From IMG/VR virus record IMGVR_UViG_3300012009_000091, positions 1 through 64,000 of that record: 64,000 nt of DNA. One strand, given 5' to 3'. Each line of letters begins with the position of its first letter. Position 1 is the stretch's first letter. This DNA comes from a virus. This document shows positions 48,239 to 56,487 of this stretch, in pieces. The position numbers and the translations under genes were made by a program. The notes beneath the pieces are model-generated. The model had not been told where the DNA came from and made no database searches. It saw nothing but the letters and a program-made list of their open reading frames with translations.

Positions 48239-50236
48239 ATGTTCGGATCTTCGGCCAGTCTTTCCTCTCCGATGACCCAGCGGCATAATACACGCGGCTC
48301 TGGGCGAATCGGGATTAACTACCCGAACCCCTTCTTTGATTTGTCGCAGATTTACCTACCCCAGAACATGCGCTCGTTGTTCAAGTGGTGTAGATACTAT
48401 GCACTCACGTACGGGCCCATTTTCGCGTTTGTCACCAAGATGGCCTCGTACGCATTGACTCGGTTAGTATGGGGAAGTGATGCCCAGGCAGACCCTGAAA
48501 GGAGGGCTAATCAGAATCTAGCGACGCAGTGGAAAGATTTCTTTGAAGATACGCTGCAGATCTACAAGGCGTGTTATCGAGGTGGGCTGCATTACTGGAC
48601 GTACGGTAATTGGTACTTGTCTATTCACTATCCGTTTGATCGGTGGCTCGCCTGTCCTTCATGTAAACATGAGATGCTGGCGAGAAGATTCCCCAAGAAG
48701 GGGTATCGGTGGCATAGTTACAAGTTCCACGGTAGGTGTACAGCATGCGGATCTGATGTGACTTTCAAAGTCAAGGATGTGCCAGTCCGTTCAAGCAAAC
48801 GCATCAAGCTCAAGCTGTGGAATCCCGAACGTGTGTATCCAGTCGTCAATGAAGCGACGGACGATGTGGAATACTACTATAAGCCGACTCAACAGCTCAT
48901 CAAACGTATCGATCGAGGCGATCGGAAAGTCGTAGAAACTACGCCTTGGCCTTTTATTCAAGCGGCTAAGAAAAATAAAGACGGGTTGGTCAAGTTCAAC
49001 AATCGGAACTTCTTGCACATCTCCGCTCCATCACCCGACGGAAACGAGACGGGGATGGGGCACCCGCCGATACTAGCGGCCATCAAGGATGTGTTTCACT
49101 TACAGTTGATGAAGAGGGCACAGGAGGCTAATGCTGTAGAGCGGACTATTCCTCTTACCGTAGTGCACCCTCTCCCGATGGGAGATGATACGATCAATCC
49201 TCTTCAGTCCACGAATTTAGTCAACTTGATGGACTTCCTCAAAGATGAGGTGGCGATCGCGCGCCGAGATCCCAACTACATTCCATTTTCTCCTCTTCCT
49301 GTCGGCACGTCGCATATCTGGGGAGAAGGGAAGAATCTCCTCCTCGTCCCGGAGATTCGTGGGTGGACCGAGTTGATTGCAGCTGATCTCGCGGTGCCCA
49401 TTGAGTTTATGTTTGGCGGGATGCAATGGTCAGGGTCCAACGTCAGCTTGCGTATGCTCGAGAATCAGATCCTGACTTTCACGACTGGGTACAAGCAGGT
49501 CACTAGGTTCGTCACCAAAGCTGTGGCTAGATTCTTATGGTGGCCTGAGTGTCCGCATGACTGGACTCCGTTCAAAATGGCCGATGACATACAGCTCAAG
49601 CAGCACATGTTGATGTTGTCGCAGCTGAACAAGATTGGTGATTCTACTCTACTCTCTCACTTCGGGAAGAACCCTGTCGATGAAAAAGCCGACATCGAAG
49701 CTAGCATGAAGCAAGCGAATCGCATCGCAAAAGATCAGTTGCTTGCTCAAGCGGAGGCTCAGGTTGAGGCCATGGAGATGCAGCAGAATGCTCAGATGGA
49801 GATGCAGCAACAGCAGAGTACGGGACTTCCTACCGAAACCAGTCAGGCTGCGGCGGGAGCGCCACCTCCTGTGCAAGAGGAGGAATCACAAGAGGAGTTT
49901 GCATATCGTATGGCGGAGCAGCTTGTGAATCAGTCTGAAGATGTGATCCAGCAGACGTTACAACAGGTGTCTGCTCAGTCTCCAGAATTAGCTCAGTTCA
50001 TCTATCAGTTGATTCAACAGCTTCGCGCGGAGACGCAGCAGCCTGTGCAATATGGTCAGCAGCCTGCCCAACAGCCTGCCCAACAGCCTGCTATGGGCGG
50101 ATACAATCAAGCTCAGGTTGTTAGCGGTCCAGAAGGCCAGCTACATCAACAATATGCAGCATCGACTCGACAGATGATGCAGCCTCAACCGCAGATGCGT
50201 CCTCCACAGCGGGGACCTGCTAGTACAGCAATCTGA
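48239..50236 (+). CDS. Putative portal protein with zinc-ribbon insertion and Gln-rich tail
   Basis: YWTYGNWY, KLWNPERV, FLHI...GMGHPPI, ADLAVPIEF..G pattern typical of portal folds; CPSC...CTAC insertion. Confidence 0.6.
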   Translation: MFGSSASLSSPMTQRHNTRGSGRIGINYPNPFFDLSQIYLPQNMRSLFKWCRYYALTYGPIFAFVTKMASYALTRLVWGSDAQADPERRANQNLATQWKDFFEDTLQIYKACYRGGLHYWTYGNWYLSIHYPFDRWLACPSCKHEMLARRFPKKGYRWHSYKFHGRCTACGSDVTFKVKDVPVRSSKRIKLKLWNPERVYPVVNEATDDVEYYYKPTQQLIKRIDRGDRKVVETTPWPFIQAAKKNKDGLVKFNNRNFLHISAPSPDGNETGMGHPPILAAIKDVFHLQLMKRAQEANAVERTIPLTVVHPLPMGDDTINPLQSTNLVNLMDFLKDEVAIARRDPNYIPFSPLPVGTSHIWGEGKNLLLVPEIRGWTELIAADLAVPIEFMFGGMQWSGSNVSLRMLENQILTFTTGYKQVTRFVTKAVARFLWWPECPHDWTPFKMADDIQLKQHMLMLSQLNKIGDSTLLSHFGKNPVDEKADIEASMKQANRIAKDQLLAQAEAQVEAMEMQQNAQMEMQQQQSTGLPTETSQAAAGAPPPVQEEESQEEFAYRMAEQLVNQSEDVIQQTLQQVSAQSPELAQFIYQLIQQLRAETQQPVQYGQQPAQQPAQQPAMGGYNQAQVVSGPEGQLHQQYAASTRQMMQPQPQMRPPQRGPASTAI

Positions 50237-53200
50237 TGCAAGAGATATATAATTTCGATCAAATCAAAGAATCGGTTCAGGAGGCTCTCGGCCAGATTTT
50301 TCCTGTCGCTGGAAGAAACTTGGTTGTCGATCTCAATTCTCTTGATATACGAGATCGGAAGAATCCCGCATCGGTTCATGAGCAGTACGGAGCGTTGACG
50401 TCAGGTCGTTCGTGGACCATCCCGGTCTATGCCAACGTTACGCTTCGCGGCCCGGACGGGGAGTTGGATCGAGGACGGGTTAAAGTACTTGAACTTCCGA
50501 AACTGACCGAGAGAAATACGTTTATCGTCGATGGGAACGAACGTCAGTTGCACAGTGTGCTTCGACGGAAATCCGGAGTGTACACGCGACATGATGAAGT
50601 GGGGGACCTTGTTTCCGAGTTCAATTTGGATAACGGTCTGCATGAGGGAGGAAAGACTGACCGAGGTCGGAAGTTCGCCATACATTTCGACAACACGACC
50701 AACCAGTTCTACACACGTTTAGGTGGAAAGAAGAAAATCAATGCCTACACGCTTCTCGAGTCTCTGGGTCACGATATGGAGGGTCTCCGACAGCGCTTTG
50801 GGGATGAGATCCATTCGAAGAATCTCAAACGGACGTCGAAGAAGATCAAGCAAGATGTTTCGAAGATCTATGACACGATCTACGGATCGAAGGCCAAATC
50901 AGGATTGACTTCAGACCAGATGCGGCAACAGATCCAAGAGGCTTTCCGTAGAACGAAAGTAGATCCGGATACGACTAAAGTTACCCTTGGTACGCCAGCC
51001 GATTCCATTGACTCTAACATCCTCGTGAGAAGCATGGACAAGTTGTTGAACATCTCTCGCGGTCAGGAGAAGGAAGATGATCGTGAGAGTTTGGTGTTCA
51101 AGAAGGTCGTGTTCCCCCCGCAATTGATTGCGGAACGTGTGTCGCATCACCGCAACATCGAGCAGATTCGAGGGAAGATTCGGGCCAAGCTCAATGTCCG
51201 CGGTCGTGGTCGGAAATCACCTGAGCGAGTTGGCGAAGCTGTACCTACGCGCTTGTTGGATAAACCTTTACATGATCTCTTCGCTGAGTCGACCGAATCC
51301 GATCTGGTTGATCAACCTAACCCTGTAGGGATTGCGTCGGGCTACAATCGGATCAGCATGTTGGGTACAGGTGCAATTCGGTCTCTTGATCAGATCCCAT
51401 CAAGTGCTCCTCTGATTTCTCCGTCTCACTTAGGATATATTGATCCGCTACATACTCCAGAGTCGCATAAGGCCGGCGTGTCTGTACATCTCCCGATGAA
51501 CACCAAGATGGGAGAGGACAAACGCCTCGTTTCTCGTATGTTGACTCCGGATGGAGAGGAGAAGTGGGTAGCCGCGGAAGACGCTGCTCAAGCGGTGGTT
51601 GCTGCTCCTGATAGTTACGATATGCGTAGCGGTCGTCCTGTGCCCCGCGGTAAGACTGTTCAAGTTCAGCGAAATGGAGAGATTGAAGACGTCGATCCGA
51701 CTGAAGTAGATTACATCATCCCTCATGCGCGTGATGTGTTCGATGTTGCTACGAACTTGGTGCCTTATCTTCAGAACAACCAAGGGAATCGCGCGATGAT
51801 GGCCGGAAAACATGCTACTCAGGCGCTTCCCTTGAAATACAGAGATACTCCTCCAATTCAAACAGGAATCGAAGGAGATTTAGGCGAGACTGCCGGTGCA
51901 CGGAGGTCGCCTGTTTCAGGGCGTGTTTCTGATATCACTGAAGTGGATGGCGCGTATGAAATCCGCATCCAAGAATCAGGAAAGACCCGTCCGACCATCG
52001 TTCGTGCGTATCGCAACTATCCCATGGCGAAAGGCGTGGTGATGGATTCAGACTTGAAGGTCCAACCAGGGGACTCAGTCAAAACGGGTGATCTTCTAGC
52101 GGATTCGTCTTTCACCAAGGATGGTATGCTGTCTATGGGGACGCCTCTTCGTACAGCTTACATGCCTTGGTATGGCAGGAACTTTGAGGATGGGGTCGTC
52201 ATTTCGGATCGGGCCGCAGACCAGCTCACGTCTCTTCATCTCCATGAAAAGTCAAAGTATGAACCTGAGGCTATCAGTGATAAAACTCGGTTTCTGGATT
52301 GGTATCGGGCTCGATTTCAATCGCAAGATGAGATCAATGCTCTTGATGGAAGTGGTGTGATTCAGAAAGGGCAGACTGTCCAACCTGGTCAGATCCTGAT
52401 GGCTCGACTCAAACAGGTCGAGCGAGATAGTGAGGAAGCTAGACTTCGCAAACGGATGAAGCTAACGCCGTTTGATCCAGTCGTCATGACCTGGGATAAG
52501 GAGGTGCCGGGGACAGTCACTGATGTTCGGAAGAACCGAGACGGTACTGTCCGCGTCTTTGTGAAGACCGAAGAGAAGATGCGGGAAGGAGACAAGCTGG
52601 TCAGCCGCAATGCAAATAAAGGGATTGTGGTGAAGATCCTACCTGACGCAGAGATGCCACAAACAAAAGACGGGAAGCAAGTGGATGTTCTCTTGTCACC
52701 ATTAGGTATTCCTAGTCGCATTAATCTAGGACAAGTACTTGAGACGGCGGCGTCCAAAGTCGTAGAGAAAACAGGGAAACCGATCAATCTGTCGGATCAG
52801 ATGTTTGGCCCCAATAGCGATATTAAACATGTCCAACGATTACTGAAAGACGCTAAAATCACTGATACAGAAGAGCTGGTCGATCCTACTCGAGGGAACA
52901 AATCATTCGGGAAGGTTTTTACTGGTCCACAGTATTTCTATAAGTTGGAACATCAAGTCGCAAAGAAAGAGCGCTCTCGAGGACAAGGAAAATATGATCG
53001 ATGGGATGTGCCTGCAGGGGGAGATGGAGGCGCGCAGACCATCGGAGAGTTAGGCACGTACGCCATGTTGTCTCATGGGGCGGTTGAGAATCTACGGGAC
53101 ATGCAGCTCTACAAATCTCAGAAGAATGATGAGCTCTGGGATGCTTTGATCCACGGCCAACCTATCCCGCCTCCTAAACACATTACGCCCAATGTGCGCT

Positions 53201-56200
53201 TCGAGTCTTTATTGCGTACTGCTGGGGTGAAGTTGAAGAAAGGGGATACACTCAGTTTGATCCCACAGACCGACGAGCAGACCGAAAAGCTGGCTCGGGG
53301 ACGTCCTCCGCTGGAGGACGCCGGACGGATGTATGCGTTTCAACGAGATCGGGTTGTGGAAGAGCCTGAAGGCCTGTTTGATCCTGTCAAGACTGGTGGG
53401 TCAGAGGGAGATAGGTGGAGTTACTTTCGGCTTCCGGAACCGATTCCCAATCCAATGTTTGCTCCGGCTATTTCGTCTTTGACGGGTTGGTCTGAGTCTA
53501 CACTCAAACGGGTGGTCGAGGGTAAACAGGAATATGGGGGTTTGATCGGTGGACCGGCGGTCGCGAAGCGCCTTGAGGAGGTAGATCTGGATGCGGAAGA
53601 AGCGAAGCTTCGGGAGCAAGCCCAGAGTGTACAAGGAAGAAAACGCCTCAACATGGAGAACAAAGCCAAGGAGTTGAGTCGGATCTATCGGAGACTTCGG
53701 TATGTAACGGCTTTGAAAGGTCGGGATCTTCGTCCTGAGAAAGTGTATATGATGCAGAATGTTCCTGTTCTGCCGCCAAAGTTGCGTCCTGTTATCGCTC
53801 TTAGTAGTGGGGAGCGGTCGGCTGACGACATGAACAACCTTTATCGAGATCTTGCGCTGGTTTCGAATACTATGAAGGAGAGTCAAGAGCGGGGGGTCTC
53901 TCCTAAGCACCTGCAGCCTTTGCGTGGCGCCTTGTATGATGGCCTCTCTGCTTTGATCTCTGCTAAGAGTGGGGATCGCCCGTTGAGTGGGGCATACAGA
54001 GGGGTCATTGGTTCTATCTCCGGTAAACGCCCTGTAGAGGAGGGAAAAGGCGAAGTAGGGCAGGCCAAAGGCGGATTATTTCAAGATCAAATCACGCGTC
54101 GTCGACAGGATTTCTCAGCTCGGACGACGATCACGGTTGAACCTCGACTCGAGATTGATCAGATTGGTATGCCCTTCAAAATGGCGTACGAGATTTATTC
54201 TCCGTGGGCACAAAAGCGGTTGCGGGAAAAGTATGGGTACGCTACTCGAGACGCGCGTAAGTACTATGAAGAGAAGGGCCCTGATGATCCGCGTGTACGG
54301 GACGTTCTCTCTGATGCGGTAGCCGAGCGGCCTTCACTTGTCAAACGGGATCCCGCTTTGCACAAATTCAACGTGATGGCTTTCAATCCAGTTCTGGTGG
54401 AAGGCAGTGCATTACAAATCCACCCGTTGGTGACCGGAGGATTCAATGCGGACTTTGATGGCGATACGATGTCCGTATACGTGCCTGTGAAAGAGGAGGC
54501 GGTTGAAGAGTCTTATAAGATGTTGCCTTCTAACAACATCTACAATCCGACAAACGGCAAGTTGATGTACGCCCCGAGTCAAGAAATGGTTTGGGGCTTA
54601 CACAGTCTCACTAGCGTAGGAAAGAAGACCAATTGGAAGTTTGGATCTCGCAAAGCAGCGGAAAGCGCGTTGAATCGTGGGGATGTTCACCAAACAGATC
54701 GCATCAAAATAGGCACGCGTGAGACAACTTTAGGGTGGGAAAAAATCAACGACATTCTCCCCGGCCGGTTTCGTTTCAAAGGGTCTTTGGACAATCGAAA
54801 GCCACTTGACAAGCATCGAATTTCTGACTTGTTGAGTAAGGTCGCTGCAAAGGAACCTGAAACATTCGCCCCACTGGTAAACACTCTCAAGGATGTCGGT
54901 AATCAAAACGCTACAGAAGATGCGTCGTCTTTTTCTCTGAAAGACTTTGATGTGGTAGGTCAGGAGTTCCGAGATCGCACTTTTCGGGAAGCCGAAGAAA
55001 AGGCATCTCGAAGTAAAGATCCACTTGGCGTGCTGTCTGATGCGCTCAAGAAAGTTGATCGACACACTCTTGAAGTGCTGAGTTCGCAAAAGAAGCCGAA
55101 TGCGATCTTTCAAATCGTCACGTCGGGATCGAAGGCCAGTTGGCCTCAGCTCAAGCAAATTGTCAGTGCTCCTGCATTGGTGTACGACACTCAAAATCGA
55201 ATTGTCCCGCGATTGATCAAAAAGTCGTACAGTGAAGGTTTACCGTTGATGGATTATTGGACGGGTCTCCACGGAGCCCGAAAAGGGGCTATCAATAAGT
55301 CCATCTCGACGTCCCGTCCCGGATATCTTGGGAAACAGGTGATGCGGTCTGTGATTGATCAGGTTGTTGTGGAAGATGATTGCGGAACGCGACAAGGTCG
55401 ATCGATGTCGCCGGATGATCCAGAAGCGGTTAATCGGTATTTGGCGTCCGGTATTCGAGTTCAGGGCGGGAAGCGAGATCGGAATTTCAATCGTAATTCG
55501 GTGGTAACGCCGAACATAGTGTCCTCTCTTCGTGCCCACAAGACCCCTTCGATACATGTACGATCTCCCATGCGATGCGAAAGTACGGACGGTGTGTGCG
55601 CTAAGTGTATGGGGTTGGACGAGGAAGGACGGGATTATGCCGTTGGAACGAATGTCGGTGTTCAGGCCGCTCAAGGAGTAGGGGAGCCGTCGACGCAGTT
55701 GTCATTGAATGTATTTCATACCGGTGGGGTGGTAGAGGATCCCAATATTCCTGTTGAGAGCGATCGTCTGCAGCGTGCTGAACACTTGTTGCGGCTTACT
55801 CAACGAATCCCCAATAGTGCTGTGCTCTCTCCGAGATCTGGAAAGATCGAAGGAGTACGAGAAGCTCCTCAGGGAGGACATGAGGTTAAGATCGATGGAA
55901 AAGAGATCTACATTCCCCATGAGAAGAAGTTGTTCGGCAGTATCAAACCGGGTCAGGAGATAGGCAAAGGCGATCCGATGACAGCGGGGCCCATCCATCC
56001 GCTCGAGGTATTGAAGTACAAAGGTACGTATGCCGCGCAGGATACTCTCGCGGATCAATTGTACGACCTCTATAAGGGTGCTCGTGGCACCAAGAAGAAA
56101 CACTTTGAGGTGATCGTACGAGGGATGTCCAAGAACACACAGGTATTGGATCCAAAGGACTCTGAGTGGGAGTCTGGACAAGTGACGTCATTGACGAAAG

Positions 56201-56478
56201 TTAAGAAACATAATCGAGAAGCAGGGAAAGACCAGCGGGTCAAACATCTGCCTATCATGCGTGGAATTGGGACGTCTCCCCTGTTGTCTGAAGATTGGAT
56301 AGCTCGGCTCAATGGAGAGCGACTTCGGAGTACTATCGTAGGGGCGGCCACTCAAGGTTGGGAATCTCAGGCGCACAGTACTCACCCTATCCCCGCGATG
56401 ACTTTTTTGAATGAAGAAGAGCTGTCGGAAGAGTCAGGCTTTGGGCGGCCTATCCAACCGATACGATCTCCGTATTAG
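50236..56478 (+). CDS. rpoBC: Fused beta-beta' multisubunit-type DNA-directed RNA polymerase (single polypeptide)
   Basis: Beta motifs: FIVDGNER, TPE, NRAMM, GRNFEDG, GDKLVSRNANKG, PLGIPSRINLGQ, YKLEH, GAQTIGELG. Beta' motifs: PVLPPKLRP, RQDFSAR, RDPALH, NADFDGD (54445-54465), HGARKG, DDCGT, RSPMRC..VCAKC, GEPSTQLSLNVFHTGG. Confidence 0.95.
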   Translation: MQEIYNFDQIKESVQEALGQIFPVAGRNLVVDLNSLDIRDRKNPASVHEQYGALTSGRSWTIPVYANVTLRGPDGELDRGRVKVLELPKLTERNTFIVDGNERQLHSVLRRKSGVYTRHDEVGDLVSEFNLDNGLHEGGKTDRGRKFAIHFDNTTNQFYTRLGGKKKINAYTLLESLGHDMEGLRQRFGDEIHSKNLKRTSKKIKQDVSKIYDTIYGSKAKSGLTSDQMRQQIQEAFRRTKVDPDTTKVTLGTPADSIDSNILVRSMDKLLNISRGQEKEDDRESLVFKKVVFPPQLIAERVSHHRNIEQIRGKIRAKLNVRGRGRKSPERVGEAVPTRLLDKPLHDLFAESTESDLVDQPNPVGIASGYNRISMLGTGAIRSLDQIPSSAPLISPSHLGYIDPLHTPESHKAGVSVHLPMNTKMGEDKRLVSRMLTPDGEEKWVAAEDAAQAVVAAPDSYDMRSGRPVPRGKTVQVQRNGEIEDVDPTEVDYIIPHARDVFDVATNLVPYLQNNQGNRAMMAGKHATQALPLKYRDTPPIQTGIEGDLGETAGARRSPVSGRVSDITEVDGAYEIRIQESGKTRPTIVRAYRNYPMAKGVVMDSDLKVQPGDSVKTGDLLADSSFTKDGMLSMGTPLRTAYMPWYGRNFEDGVVISDRAADQLTSLHLHEKSKYEPEAISDKTRFLDWYRARFQSQDEINALDGSGVIQKGQTVQPGQILMARLKQVERDSEEARLRKRMKLTPFDPVVMTWDKEVPGTVTDVRKNRDGTVRVFVKTEEKMREGDKLVSRNANKGIVVKILPDAEMPQTKDGKQVDVLLSPLGIPSRINLGQVLETAASKVVEKTGKPINLSDQMFGPNSDIKHVQRLLKDAKITDTEELVDPTRGNKSFGKVFTGPQYFYKLEHQVAKKERSRGQGKYDRWDVPAGGDGGAQTIGELGTYAMLSHGAVENLRDMQLYKSQKNDELWDALIHGQPIPPPKHITPNVRFESLLRTAGVKLKKGDTLSLIPQTDEQTEKLARGRPPLEDAGRMYAFQRDRVVEEPEGLFDPVKTGGSEGDRWSYFRLPEPIPNPMFAPAISSLTGWSESTLKRVVEGKQEYGGLIGGPAVAKRLEEVDLDAEEAKLREQAQSVQGRKRLNMENKAKELSRIYRRLRYVTALKGRDLRPEKVYMMQNVPVLPPKLRPVIALSSGERSADDMNNLYRDLALVSNTMKESQERGVSPKHLQPLRGALYDGLSALISAKSGDRPLSGAYRGVIGSISGKRPVEEGKGEVGQAKGGLFQDQITRRRQDFSARTTITVEPRLEIDQIGMPFKMAYEIYSPWAQKRLREKYGYATRDARKYYEEKGPDDPRVRDVLSDAVAERPSLVKRDPALHKFNVMAFNPVLVEGSALQIHPLVTGGFNADFDGDTMSVYVPVKEEAVEESYKMLPSNNIYNPTNGKLMYAPSQEMVWGLHSLTSVGKKTNWKFGSRKAAESALNRGDVHQTDRIKIGTRETTLGWEKINDILPGRFRFKGSLDNRKPLDKHRISDLLSKVAAKEPETFAPLVNTLKDVGNQNATEDASSFSLKDFDVVGQEFRDRTFREAEEKASRSKDPLGVLSDALKKVDRHTLEVLSSQKKPNAIFQIVTSGSKASWPQLKQIVSAPALVYDTQNRIVPRLIKKSYSEGLPLMDYWTGLHGARKGAINKSISTSRPGYLGKQVMRSVIDQVVVEDDCGTRQGRSMSPDDPEAVNRYLASGIRVQGGKRDRNFNRNSVVTPNIVSSLRAHKTPSIHVRSPMRCESTDGVCAKCMGLDEEGRDYAVGTNVGVQAAQGVGEPSTQLSLNVFHTGGVVEDPNIPVESDRLQRAEHLLRLTQRIPNSAVLSPRSGKIEGVREAPQGGHEVKIDGKEIYIPHEKKLFGSIKPGQEIGKGDPMTAGPIHPLEVLKYKGTYAAQDTLADQLYDLYKGARGTKKKHFEVIVRGMSKNTQVLDPKDSEWESGQVTSLTKVKKHNREAGKDQRVKHLPIMRGIGTSPLLSEDWIARLNGERLRSTIVGAATQGWESQAHSTHPIPAMTFLNEEELSEESGFGRPIQPIRSPY

Positions 56479-56487
56479 AGGACCACC

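Noticed and set aside
50236-56478. Cellular rpoBC operon or host contamination; intein in the RNAP
   Set aside because: No flanking rpl/rps/tuf genes, and it is tightly coupled to phage genes. The chain is shorter than cellular enzymes and I saw no intein splice or LAGLIDADG motifs.
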